A DNA stretch of 64,000 nucleotides from Octopus sinensis (Eukaryota). Position numbers and translations under genes: made by a program. Numbering within the stretch: the stretch's first letter is position 1; each line of letters begins with the position of its first letter. The stretch lies in the NCBI RefSeq assembly GCF_006345805.1, contig NC_043004.1, positions 64,046,001 to 64,110,000 of the forward strand, read 5' to 3'. Positions 27,315 to 40,124 of the stretch are shown piece after piece. Under the pieces are notes generated by a model. That model saw nothing but the letters and a program-made list of their open reading frames with translations. It had not been told where the DNA came from and did not search any database.

Positions 27315-28774
27315 GAGGGATGTTGTTTGCCGCTCGCAGTCCCTTTGAACATATCATGAGTCTCGTGATATTTGTGTGGCTATTCTAGTTATATTTTTAG
27401 CTCTTATTTCTAGCAATTGTAGGTGCTATTTTGTACCCTTAATTATGTATTCTAATTTAATTTTAATTGCTTTAGCCACCTATATTATAACTTATTAAAT
27501 ATATCATATATTAATTTATCGTTATATCTTATTGTATGTATGTAAGTATGTATGTATGTATGTTATGTATGTATGTATGTATGCATGTATGCATGTATGT
27601 ATGTACGTACATATGTACGTATGTGTGTATGTATGTATGTATGTATGTTGTATGTATGTATGTATGCATGTATGCATGTATGTATGTATGTATGTATGTA
27701 TGTATATACTCGACTATATTCAATTTTCATCATTATATTATTTTTCATCAACGAAGTTTCTATCGGAAATAATGCAAAAGAGAGTATACGTTTACTTTTT
27801 AGCAGACACAGGCCTTTAAAATTCCACATTTAATAAGTTTTTTTCTTCCTCCTTATTGTAGGCAAACAATAGGTTCCATGCAGATGCAAGGTACCATATT
27901 CAAGTCCTTATCTTTAGAAAAGGACTTGAATATGAGTGATGGCTATCTGAGGCCAACAGAAAGCAAACCCTTGTTTACTAAAAGCACATTGGTTTATAAG
28001 TCAGTACAGTCGGTACAGAATTGTTGTGTTTACGTCCCCAGATGATGAAGTGGGCTAGCCCAGTACGTAGATATAGAGGGAGAATTCTGGACGTCAGAGT
28101 TGAGTAGAGGTTATGCGAACGTGCGATATAACAAGAATGATGAGAAACTTTAACGGGGAGTATACCTGCCCTGAAAACAAACAAATCGCGCAGTGGGGAA
28201 GAATCAATAATGAACAGTGATATGAATGGCCAGTGAGTGATTGAAATGACTCACGCGGACAGGCGAGTCATAAATACTGTATTTACTTTGTAGGTGAACT
28301 GTTATAACAATGCATAACAGATGACGAAAACCTTTCGGGTATCGGGAATTATTACACTCCCCTACACACCATATATACATTGCAGTACAATTTTATGTTG
28401 CCTAAAATATGTCGTGACCAATTATCTGGAATCATTTCGTGTGCAAAGATGCAACTCTCCAAGACTCAAAAATATTTAAATAAATATGTTAAATATATTA
28501 AAAAAGAGTAATTAAGAAACTTATTTGTAATAAAAATCTTAACTACAAATCCCTGAAACCATCTATAGTTAAGAGTGCGGTAGCGAATGCTTATAAATGC
28601 TTATTAACATGTTTTCGTCCCTGTTTGATTTGGTCCCTAGAATCATAATTATAATTCGTTCGTGGTTTTTAATTTATCTCTTGTCATATCCTTCACTGGC
28701 TATTCATTTGTGAGGGAGGGAATTGTTTGACCAGAGATCAATAGTATCATTTATCTTTTACATTTTATCTCTTA

Positions 28775-29170
28775 CTAGCAGTATCGCCCGGCGTTGCTCG
28801 GGTTTGTAAGGGAAATAACTATATAAGCATTTTTAGAGATGTAAAGTATAATAGCCATCTCAATATGGCTAACCACAAAGGGGGGGGGGTTACTGTAGCT
28901 TTTTACGTTCTGAGATTTAATAATAAATTTTTAGAGAGTTACTTCCCTTATATATGCCAACAATGCATTAAAAATGGGAAAAATTGATGGTAATTTTTTT
29001 TTAAATCGTAGAATCATCGTAGACGCGCGCTAATACCCAGAAGGGCTCCATATGAATCACGACTATAAGATACCCGGTTTTGGTTAAACTGCACCGCAAA
29101 ATGTGGGAGTAGTTAGGAATCTAAATCGTAGGAGACAGACAGCACACAACCTCACTTTTATATAAAAAGA
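28775..29170 (-). mobile_element. Non-autonomous Helitron, ~396 bp
   Basis: Minus strand starts TCTTTTTATATAAAAGTGAGG..GCTGTCTGTC and ends with a subterminal hairpin CCCGAGCAACGCCGGG followed by CTAG then T. No TSD. Confidence 0.85.
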
Positions 29171-29530
29171 ATTCAGTCATTGGGCTGTGGCCATGCTTAA
29201 GCACCACCTTTAATGGTCTTAATTCAACAAGTCAACCCCGATAGATATATTTTAAGTCTGATACCTATTATATCAAACAGTCATGACGAAGTGCGAAGTT
29301 AGAGGTACGTAATTAAACCAACGTCGGTTGTCAAGCGGTGTGCGGGGACAAATACAGACACATACACATACATATTTACAACAGGCTTCAAGAGAATTTC
29401 CCTCAAGCTAATGCAATCACAAGGCATTAGCCGACCCGGGGCTATAGTAGAAGACACTTGCCCAAGGTGCCGTGCAATGTGACTGAACTCGGAACCATAT
29501 GGTTGCAAAGCGAGTTTCTTAACGACACAG
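29171..29530 (-). mobile_element. Diverged SINE family A whose tail is split by the Helitron
   Basis: TTCAGTCATTGGGCTGTGGCCATGC...AGAAGACACTTGCCCAAGGTGCC...; a tail-like TTTATCTTTTAC lies left of 28775. Confidence 0.8.
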
Positions 29531-29689
29531 CTGTATCTTTACGCTTTATATTATTTTCAATTTCTTCATGTCATCTCCTTTCATTTTCTTTGCGTTTGTT
29601 GTCTTTCCGGCAACAATTTTCGTTAACATTATTTCCAGCAAACTCTGAGAAAATCGAGAAATTCTCTTTTGGTTGTCTTTAAATTCACA

Positions 29690-29735
29690 TTAGACGTCAC
29701 TATGACGTCAGCCGTTCAATATGGTTGCCAATCAC
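29690..29735. promoter_or_regulatory. Candidate CRE + CCAAT-box cluster
   Basis: GACGTCA (29693-29699), perfect TGACGTCA (29703-29710) and GCCAATCA (29727-29734) within 45 bp of unique-looking sequence. Confidence 0.3.
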
Positions 29736-30289
29736 ATCTGTGTTCGGCCAAATAAATGATACTTAAGTTAACGCAAGCAAACAAATGAACGATTGAAAGG
29801 AAGAAAAGAGCGAAAACACTTGCAACAAATCAAGAAACAAAACAAGAAAATACTAAATACCCTCTTGGCACACAACAAAACGAAAGGAGAGAATACAATT
29901 TTTATAAACTTTTAGCGCATTTATTTTTGTTTATTTCATTTCTTCTTACTTTTAATAAGTTTTCCTTTGGTTTTATTTATTCGTTTTCTTGTTTTGCTTC
30001 CATGTATTTTGTTTGTTTTTTCTTCTCTTTTTTTGTTTCTTTAAACGAAAATATAAAGACAATAGCAAAGAATAATAACAAGATTAACAACTTCAACTGT
30101 GATTGTTCCAAATTGTTGTTGTGGCTATTGTTGATGTTGTTGTTGTGGTGGTGGTTGTTGCGTTGTTGTTGTTGTTTGTGTCCGAATGAAGAGGAGAGGC
30201 AAGATGCAATGCAATAATTCATTAAAACCTATTGATTAGCAACAATCGCCTTGAATTGATTTGTATATATATATATATATATAAATATA

Positions 30290-30353
<64 letters not shown>

Positions 30354-30550
30354 GTATGTATTATATATATATATATTATATATATATATACACACATATA
30401 TACATATACATATACACATGCAAATACTTATTTGTTTACACACACATACACAAGCACGCACGCACACACGTATGTTTATATATATATATATGTTTGTGTG
30501 TGCGTGCCTGTGTGTGTGTGTGTGTGTGCGTGTGTATGTGTGTGTGTGTG

Positions 30551-30634
<84 letters not shown>

Positions 30635-31584
30635 CGCATATTGATTAGAGGAATTAAATGCTTGAAGAGTGAATACCTCGAGGTCTGCTTTCAGAACAAA
30701 AGATATTTGTTGAGTTAAAAATTCCAATAGAATTATCACGTGATTATTTCTACGATTTTCTTGAGTATTTCCATCAAGGATGCAGTAACACATTAATTAT
30801 AATAGTTTCATATTCAGTTGTTCTCTGTGCTGCAGATGTTGATGTGTAGGCGTTTGGCGGCGGGGTGGGAGAGGTAGTATAGTATAAGCAGTAACTAAAG
30901 CTATTTTGAAACTAAGACGACATCGTGTAGATGTGGATATTCTCGTAGATTTAATTACTTTAGTTCTGTCATAATAATTAAGTGTAGCCTGAAAGAGGTT
31001 TTATATCTGGTCTCCCTGAGCATCTGTGTACACTCATATATCTTCTATCTCGGATTTAAATTAGTTTCCTCTTCACTGAACGTCTTACCCGCTGGCAGCT
31101 AACAAAGAAAGAATATTAAATATTTCCACTAAATTCTTCAACGATTGTCCAACAAATATGAACACGTTAATAAAGGAAACAAACTTTGGACAGTTCTTAA
31201 AACTTCCATGCTTTCTGCCAAACATCTCACTTGATATTTCCGGTATATTTTCCCCTTAAGCAGCGAACTGCCACTATCGGCAGAGCTTCGGATACACAGC
31301 TTCGCTGTATATATTCTGAATCCCTCTGAATCCCTCTGAATCCCTCTGTGCCTTTCATCCTTTCTGGTCGATAACAAATACCAACCCAGAGTGGTGGCTT
31401 AGCAGAAATCTAGTGGCATTTGTTCCGACAATTCGAATTCTGAGTTTAAATTTCTCCAAAGTCCCTAAAGGCACACTCGCCAACCAGTGGGCCTACCAGG
31501 ATGAGTGATTTCTGCACCAAATAGATGATGCTGGGCAGAATTGAGAGAGGGTCTGCTCCAGTTGGAGCGATATGTGCCCTGGAA

Positions 31585-32408
31585 GATGAATGAATTAATG
31601 AATGAATAAATGAATGAATAATGAATGAATGAATGAATGAATGAACAGAAGGGAGGAAGGAAGGAAGGAAGGAAGGAAGGAAGGCCCGAACAAACGAACG
31701 AATAAATGAATGAATGAATGAATAAATGAATGAATGAATGAACAGAAGGAAGGAAGGAAGGAAGGAAGGAAGGAAGGAAGGAAGGAAGGAAGGCCCGAAC
31801 AAACGAACGAATGAATGATTGAATAAATAAATGAATGAATGAATGAACAGAAGGAAGGAAGGAAGGAAGGAAGGAAGGTCCGAACAAACGAACGAATGAA
31901 TAAATGAATGAACGAATGAATGAACAGAAGGAAGGAAGGAAGGAAGGGAGGAAGGAAGGAAGGAAGGAAGGTCCGAACAAACGAACGAATGAATAAATGA
32001 ATGAACGAATGAATGAACAGAAGGAAGGAAGGAAGGAAGGAAGGAAGGCCCGAACAAACGAACGAATGAATGATTGAATAAATAAATGAATGAATGAATG
32101 AACAGAAGGAAGGAAGAAGGTCCGAACAACGAACGAATGAATAAATGAATGAATGATGAATGAACAGAAGGAAGGAAGGAAGGAAGGAAGGAAGGAGGTC
32201 CGAACAAACGAACGAATGAATAAATGAATGAACGAATGAATGAACAGAAGGAAGGAAGGAAGGAAGGAAGGTCCGAACAAACGAACGAATGAATGAATGA
32301 ATGAATGAATGAATGAATGAATGAACAGAAGGAAGGAAGGAAGGAAGGTCCGAACAAACGAACGAACGAACGAATGGATGGATGGATGGATGGATGGATT
32401 TGGATGGA
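31585..32408. repeat. Compound minisatellite: (GAAT)n-GAACA-(GAAG)n-G[C/T]CCGAACAAACGAAC, about 9 units
   Basis: Anchor CCGAACAA at ~31686, 31795, 31880, 31973, 32050, 32122, 32200, 32273, 32350. Confidence 0.92.
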
Positions 32409-33487
32409 TACGACTTCAACTATATCTTAATTTCAGAGAGATAGTTGGAAAACGACGTCGCTCCGATAAAGTTGAACATATGTTTTTGTTATACAAATCT
32501 ACCGATATCTTGTCAGAAGTCCATAAGTATTTCTCATGTCTTCTGTAGTTTTAACTATATTAATATGGAGCTAACACACAATTCCCATAAGAAGGTGAGG
32601 TGTGTTTCCTATATTTCTTTTATGCTCGTTTGATTTTGTGTGAATTTCTTTCATTGTCTTCCATTTAGTTTCCATCGTTGTGACTTATGATTTATCAATG
32701 TCTCTATATTCGTGTAGATTTGTGGTCAAAATTCGATTTTTTTTCTTCTTTTATTCGGATATTTTATCTCAAGCAGTTTCTGACAAGTAACGTCTCATAA
32801 GTAATATCTTTGAGAGATTCTGTCACAGTTTGCTATAATCTGATTAATATATTCAATCTTAGCTCAGCAGTTCTCCATCTGCTGTCATTGCGTTTCCATC
32901 TATTTTTTTTTTATTTTGTTGTTTTCAGTTTTTCCTTATGGTTTTCTGGAAAGAGATATTAATTTGGGATTTCTTGTTGCCATTCTGCATGAAGATAACC
33001 TTTAAGGTGAGAAGTGAATCTATAAATGATTCTTGCCAAAATACTTATGTTACTAAGAGAAGTGAAATGTGACAGAACTGTTAGAGCATTGGGTAAAATG
33101 TCTTGCAGTAACTAGTTCCGGCCTTTTATCCTTTTACGATTTGAGATCAAATCATACCGTTAATCCTTCCGGAATCAATTAAACTATTTACTTTCAAGTA
33201 TTGTGCTCGATTTAATCGACTATAATCTCCATCAAATCGTTTGGTCAATCGCCAATTTTAGAAATCAATATATGCAGGTAAACTTAAGGGCGTTGAATTG
33301 TCAGAAATCGTTGGACCAAATGCCTTACAGTATTTAGAAATCAATATGTATGTTACCTTATGTATTATTTTCCCCTAACATTACAATTGTAACCAATAAT
33401 CGGTAAATAAGCCTTTTTTTCTGGTGGATGACAAACAGAATCAGTTTAATGACATTTTGGAGTGTATGGTACAATTGAAACCCTGTA

Positions 33488-33703
33488 CGTGGGAATGCTG
33501 AAAAATTCCTGGCTTTAACGGCATCGCGAACGGGCTGGGTGGAGGCCCAATCTTCCGAGTTCTTTTACGGGCTTAGAAAAACTGAAGGGTCGCTGCAATA
33601 AGAGTGTGAATCTGAGAGGAGAATATGTTGAATAAAATCATAATTAACGGATCCGCCAGTATTTTCTTTTATCCCAAACCAGGAACTTTTCAGCACCCCC
33701 TCG
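33488..33703 (+). mobile_element. Mariner-derived MITE (~216 bp)
   Basis: Ends CGTGGGAATGCTGAAAAATTCCTGG and CCAGGAACTTTTCAGCACCCCCTCG are imperfect inverted repeats; retains the transposase end RCNKSVNLRGEYVE*. Confidence 0.85.
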
Positions 33704-35721
33704 AACATAAAAGCATACTAGAATGTAGACTAGTGAAGCTAGTCTACATTGTTTTCTCTATCTAACGTGGTGACCTAAGTTTCTATATATTGACACTGGT
33801 TAGACATATTTAGTCTTCACACCCTTCAGGGAATAGATAACTGTTGAAATTATTTAAGACTACGTGAATTCAATATGATCATAGAATTCAACATGCTAAA
33901 ATGATGTTAAGAATCATTATTTGTTCCCGCTCTTTATATACTGACTTTAAATCATGTCAATGCCAACCATCCTTTTGTCACTAAGGGTCGATAAAACAAA
34001 GTACCAATGTGTGCCAAAATTAGAAACAATATATTCCTCTATCTTGCAAAAACGTCGTCCCTGCAACCGCATGTGATTTCTTAAGCACTGATCCTGTCAT
34101 AACATATCAGGTGGTTTCAACTTAAATTTCGTCCCTCAGTTCGCTCGTATTACTCCGGAAACGTACTACATAACTTTTTTCCAACGGTTTATGCGTGCGA
34201 GTGATGATCCAATTCATACGCGACAAACACAGCAATTTAAGAATAAGAGTCATTCATTGCCACTGTTTTCTCTCTATTCCTCTAATTTAATAATGCCCCA
34301 AATCAATAATCCCGAGTGCGACTATAAACGCTGCCTATCCTTCTACCAAATATTAAATTCCTTCTACAGTTTTCTGTGTCGTTTACTACGTTCACCATTA
34401 CAGGAGATCGGTTCCTTTCAGAAGCTAAAAGAATCTTACCTTAGTAGGAGCTTAATCTTTATCCGCCTTCCCGAGAGGTTAAGGAACCTTTTCAATGGAA
34501 ACGCCGATAATGAGATTTACTTCTTTCTCACCTAACAAAAAGTCTTCTTTCATATAAGAATTTTGGAAACTATGACGAAAATATTTTTTCTTTGCCAATA
34601 TCAAAATATATCATTAACCTTACAAATATCTATCGATCTATTTATCAGTGACCATTTCTACATTTTTAGTATCTCAAGTTTAAAAAAGAAACGAACAAAT
34701 GTTTAAAACTTTGCCCATCTGAAGGATCATTAAACATTTCGACAAAAGCAGTTCGGTTTGCTTTGATCCATTCTCCTTTACAAGCAACAAGTACTTCACC
34801 AACACAGCGATATTTAACCCCACTATCACCAATCACGTTGTACCACACATACACTAATATGTACTCCATTGAAATAATCTACAAACCCAACAACTCCGGT
34901 GACACTATCGCCTACGATATAGCTACTTACAGAACACTTCACCGGACCACTTGATATGGTGCTTTAATCTCAAATCGTTGGTTTGTCAACATACATTAAT
35001 GGAACCAACCTTGAGCACTGTAATCCCTTAAGCACTATCAACTCTCCGGCACAATCAGCCCTTCGGCACAATCAGCCCTTAAGAACTTTTTAGATTTCTA
35101 CCTTTCATCTATATCTAACACCAAACTTCCATCGCCCTTTCGCCCTTCTTCCTAGATGCTTCTCCTTTTCTGATATGTTTTAAAACAAATAAACAAGTTT
35201 CTTATAAGTACTAAAATAGGCCCAAATTACGCAAACCCCTTCCCATGCTAAACTAAGACAGAGATGTTTCCCTGCAGCGCAGTTGAAACTACAATGTGCT
35301 TGTGCAACTGAGTTTTTAACCACACGATTATGTCTGATATATTCTTAATCTACACAAGAAAGACAATACGTAAAGCTGAACAGGCCAGGATCTGAACTTA
35401 TAACAAAGGGGATTGCAGTGCAACCAAATTTTGTAAACCGTTCTCCTCAGCTCCATCTACATAATTAATTCTATACCTATTCTCTCTGGTGCTCTATCAC
35501 CGAAATTAATTCTTTACACATTTATAGGCATTCTCTTCGGCGTTTCACTATCATCATTAATTCTATACAGATTTATGGGCATTCTCTTCTCCGTTCCACA
35601 ACCATAATTAATTCTATACACATCTATATATTCAATATATTTCGTTACAATATTCACTCTTTAGAATTTATTCAACCAAGTCTGAAAGTACTTCAGCAGG
35701 CACAATCGAATGACATCTAAT

Positions 35722-35764
<43 letters not shown>

Positions 35765-36363
35765 CACACCCACATACACAAATACACACACACACGCACA
35801 GACATACGCGCATGTACTCATACACTGCACCGTAACCAATCATCAGATATAGCGTGTCACATTAGATAAGTCTTTCCACTTACTAACAAGAGAAAAGCCA
35901 GCCCCTCACCAACACCACCATTACCATTGTGTACCGACCGCCATTGTCGTTACGTCACATGGAATCTACCAGAAGTAGAAGACTAACAATAATCTAGCCA
36001 ACTATTGTACATCCTCCGTTATTCCACCCTCTGTGGCTGTGCATTATGTTGGCCTAAAGGAGGTGGGGAACCTTTTATCGGCTTTAAATGTCTATTAATG
36101 ACTGCACACTTTCTCGTTCGAATTCTGTATGTATGCATGTATGCATGTATGTATGTATCTATCAACATATGAGCATGTGTGTGTATACATACATACACCT
36201 ATATATATATGTGTGTGTGTGTGTGTGTATTTATATATATATGTAGGTATGTAATGTATATATAACGATTTCCTTTATTAAATGTACTGCGTGTATGTAC
36301 ACACACCTATGCAAGTTTGTGTGTGCATCTATCTATTTATCTCTCTCTCTCTCTCTCTCTATG

Positions 36364-36419
<56 letters not shown>

Positions 36420-37520
36420 TACATACATACATATATGCATACATAAATATATAGATAGATAGATATAGATATACATATATGTATGTGCGTAGCATATGTG
36501 GTTGTGATTGCTTACGCGTGCCTAAATATGCGTGTATGGGTACAGTGCTGATGTAATCGCGTGCGGTATGTGTGTACTCGGATATCTGTTTGTAAGTCTA
36601 CGCATGTGTGTTTATATGCATATGCGTATACATAAGTATGCGGTAGTGGGGGTGTCTGATGATGTGCATCCTTCCATGCATGAGTATGGCTGTCTGGTCA
36701 AAGTGTCAATAGTTAAATTGCCTATGTGATTCTGAGTGTTGCATGTGAGGAAATATAACCTAGGGATGCGCTCTGCATATAAACTACAGTCATGTTAAGT
36801 TGTCACATATGTAATATATTGAGTAAAAGAAAAAAACCCTCCGTCATCTGAAATTATCTATGTGGGTTACTTTGTTGTTGCTGCTGCTGTTATATTTGTT
36901 TTTTGTTGTTGAGGTTGTTTTTATGGTTCTTACTGTTGAATTCTTTGTTGTTAATATTTAAATTTTTGCTTCCCTTGTTATAGTTTTTTCGTATTTTTGT
37001 TTCTGCTCTAATAAGTGATAAGTGGTGGGGGTGGAGGGGGAGTAGTGGTGTTAGTGAGCTCCGGGTCAATCTTTATCATGAAGTTTTGTGATCAAAGACG
37101 TCTTGTCACTGACCATCTTGTGCATATTTTACAGTCTTCGTGCATCTAAGGGTACATTATCCAATACATCTTTCCTAAGGAGGTGCTTTGATTGCAACAC
37201 AACCTGGCTTATATATATATATTATATGTAGAAAAATACAAACTGGGACAAGAACGTAAAACATTTAGAAGACGATACAAAAAACACGGACGGGACATTC
37301 GAAGCCTTCAATCTTCAGTCAAGAACCAGATCATCCTAGCAATTTCGGCTGATTAATCTTGAGATCGCTCCGATCCGGCCAGCCCCAAGGAAAAACTAAG
37401 CTACGAGCATTAGATTTCTTGGAAAAAGGATTGAATGTATACGAAACAAGGACAGAAAAACGGACGATGCCACACGAATATAAATACAAAAAACAATAAT
37501 AGTAATAACAGGACAATATA

Positions 37521-38476
37521 CTAGCAGTATAACCCGGCCTTGCTCGGGACTAAGTTACGATTATTAAGCTAATCAAGTTCTTTACTTCAAACCAAACTGA
37601 GTAATATAGACGTCAAATTTGGGCGAAATCAGTTGAAATTAGTTATATTATATATATTATATATATTATATATTATATATATATAATATAATATAAATAT
37701 ATGTAGGCAACAGACACGAACACACATACACACACGTACATACGTACACCTATTGCATGTTTTATGGACGCATACATGTTCATAAACAGAAATGAATGAA
37801 AAAAATGTTGTTAAATTTGTAGATTAACACTCGCACGATTTTCACTAAAGTATATATACTATGATTATAAAATATAGTGTCTTTCAAAAACCAAAAAACA
37901 AAACATTTTACATTTTATTTTTTTTGAACGTCATAACTTTCTCTCTCTCCCACTTTCACTCTTTCTTTCCCGTGAAACTCTCTGCCTCCTTCTTCCACTT
38001 TTCTTTATCTTTTTTTTTTTTGTTAGACGCTGGCAAAAAAGCTAAGGCTGTTTATTAACGTCATTTAATCTCTGTCTCTCCCTCTCTCACTTTTTCTTTT
38101 CCGTGAAACTCTCTGCCTCCTGCTTCCACTTTTCTTTATCTTATTTTTTTTGTTAGACGCTGGCAAGAACGTTGTCATTTACTCTCTGTCTCTCCCTCTC
38201 TCACTTTTTCTTTCCCGTGAAACTCTCTGCCTCCTTCTTCCAATTTTCTTTATCTCATTTTTTTTTGTTAGACGCCATAAAAAAGCCAAGGCTGATATCT
38301 TTCGTGGTTAAAAGCTATGTCTGAAAATAGATATTTACGCTACCCACGGGTGCCTCGGAGAAAAAAATAAGTTGACAAGACCCAGATAGGATGTTGACAA
38401 ATGTCCTCCTAAAATTTCAGCGACATGCGTGCTAATTTGTGGACGTGCATAAATTACAATCACGCACACACACACA

Positions 38477-38517
<41 letters not shown>

Positions 38518-38540
38518 CATCCTCCCTTTTATAGATATGA
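37521..38540 (-). mobile_element. Non-autonomous Helitron (~1 kb) carrying an internal tandem repeat
   Basis: 3' end CCCGAGCAAGGCCGGGTTATACTGCTAG then T resembles the 28775 element. Probable 5' end A then TCATATCTATAAAAGGGAGG(GT)n at 38540; this boundary is less certain. Confidence 0.72.
37927..38295. repeat. Three-copy tandem repeat, 114-131 bp period
   Basis: CGTGAAACTCTCTGCCTCC at 37971, 38102 and 38216, each followed by TTGTTAGACGC. Confidence 0.92.
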
Positions 38541-38574
38541 TGTGTGTGTGTGTAAATGTATATATATATATATA

Positions 38575-39140
38575 TTGATTTGTCCGGAAAGTTCGTGCCG
38601 ATTTTCAAAGGAAAGAGAAAGGTCAATAAATACTTGCCATTACATTTTTAATCAACCAAATATGAAACATTTTGTTGGACAATTCGTCTCCATCTTTCCT
38701 TTAACTTGAACACACCCTCTTCCCAGAATTTAGGTGGTTTCATGGCAAAGAATTTATCAAGGTATCTTTTTACGTCATCCAAAGAATTGAAATCTTTACC
38801 ATTAAGTCTATTCTGCAGAGACCTGAATAAGTGGAAATCCGAAGGAGCAATCTTTGGGGAATATGGTGGGTGGGGTATCAGATCCCAGCCGAGCTGCAGC
38901 AATTTTCGTTTGGTTCCCAAAGTATCGAGTGCCAAAAATGAACTTTCTTATCTTCCATTTTAAAGGGTTACAGAATTAGCAAAGGTTATAGGAACATAAA
39001 CCTTCTTCCACGAAAAGATAGCTTCAACTGTGCTTTAAATGGAGGTGTAGTCAAATCCTATTTTATGGACTCAACCATGTTCTAAATTAAGTCGAAAGGT
39101 AAGCTACTATAAATCGGCACGAACTTGCCGGACAACCCAA
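38575..39140 (-). mobile_element. Internally deleted mariner with both TIRs and TA TSD
   Basis: TIRs TTGATTTGTCCGGAAAGTTCGTGCCGATTT and AAATCGGCACGAACTTGCCGGACAACCCAA. N-terminal MEDKKVHF is joined to LGWDLIPHPPYSPKIAPSDFHLFRSLQN...WEEGVFKLKERWRRIVQQN. Confidence 0.95.
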
Positions 39141-39229
39141 TATATATATATATATATATATGTAGGTCCCGGGTTGATTCGGGGTTAACCACAGTAAATA
39201 GGTACTCAATACATAGCAGAGTAAAATTA

Positions 39230-39551
39230 ATTTATTATATAGAAGGAGCTTCTACAGGACTAGAACTGTTTCATTCAGAGAAATCTTCAGGAAGCTAGTT
39301 AACAAGAATTGTATTGGCATTATACATTTAGGCAGGTTTAACGGGTGTTGGTGGGGGACTTTTTTGGGGGTAGGCATAGCACAAAATATCATACTTCATA
39401 TTATGCCTACCCCAAAAAAGTCCCCCACCAACACCCGTTAAACCTGCCTAAATGTATAAATGCCAATACAATTCTTGTTAACTAGCTTCCTGAAGATTTC
39501 TCTTGAATGAAACAGTTCTAGTCCTGTAGAAGCTCCTTCTATATAATAAAT
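39230..39551. repeat. Foldback inverted repeat (~149-bp arms, ~23-bp spacer), PLE-terminus-like
   Basis: 39230-39378 is the near-perfect reverse complement of 39402-39551. Confidence 0.95.
39484..39534 (+). ncRNA. Minimal type I hammerhead fold (mirror copy on the minus strand at ~39247-39298)
   Basis: AGCTTC CTGAAGA TTTCTCTTGAAT GAAA CAG-TTCTAGTC-CTG TA GAAGCT. 6-bp stem I, intact core, weak stem II (TTC/GAA), 3-bp stem III. Confidence 0.72.
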
Positions 39552-40076
39552 ATATATATATATATATATATATTTGTATATATATATATACAAGTATCCG
39601 TGCTGACGAGCGTATGAATCTGTGGCTGTACAATTGTAACGGTGCTTGCATACGTCTTTTACAGTGTGCGTGGTGCGTGTATTCATGTGTTTGCGTCAGC
39701 GTCATTGTTTCTTATCAAAATGTGTGTCTGCACGAAAATATATATATGGATTTCCATTGGGTGTGTTTATGACTGCACATGAGTGAAAATGAGAGCCTTA
39801 TCTATCTCTCTATCTATCTATCTATTTATCTATCTATCAGCCTATCTACCTACCTATATTTCTATCTATCTATCTATCTATCTCCATTTTCTTGGAAAAC
39901 AAAAACAATGTTCTCTTCTAAACACTACCCCTAAAAAGCATCCGTTTTATATAAATGAACAAGCTGTTTGTACATTCACAAAATTCTATTTGACAATTTC
40001 AAGAGGAGACCGAAAGCGCTAATAATAATAAGGAAATAAAAGGATTTTTTTCCAAAATTCTGACGACTTTTTTCTC

Positions 40077-40124
<48 letters not shown>

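Noticed and set aside
31585-32408. Repeat-spacer-like periodicity suggestive of CRISPR, and 270-300 aa PSF/IHS ORFs
   Set aside because: The 'spacers' are microsatellites rather than unique sequence, there are no cas genes, and the context is eukaryotic.
32410-33000. Possible decayed LINE ORF2 on the minus strand; similar hints at 34050-34620 and 47350-47640
   Set aside because: No diagnostic motif could be read with confidence.
33722-33750. Short perfect hairpins and palindromes (also 5793-5816, 47300-47317)
   Set aside because: Arms of 9-12 bp with no supporting context; bacterial-style terminators are irrelevant here.
37230-37520. Minus-strand GAAA...CTGAAGA, a possible permuted hammerhead
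   Set aside because: Stems I-III could not be paired in register; probably an unclassified retroelement terminus.
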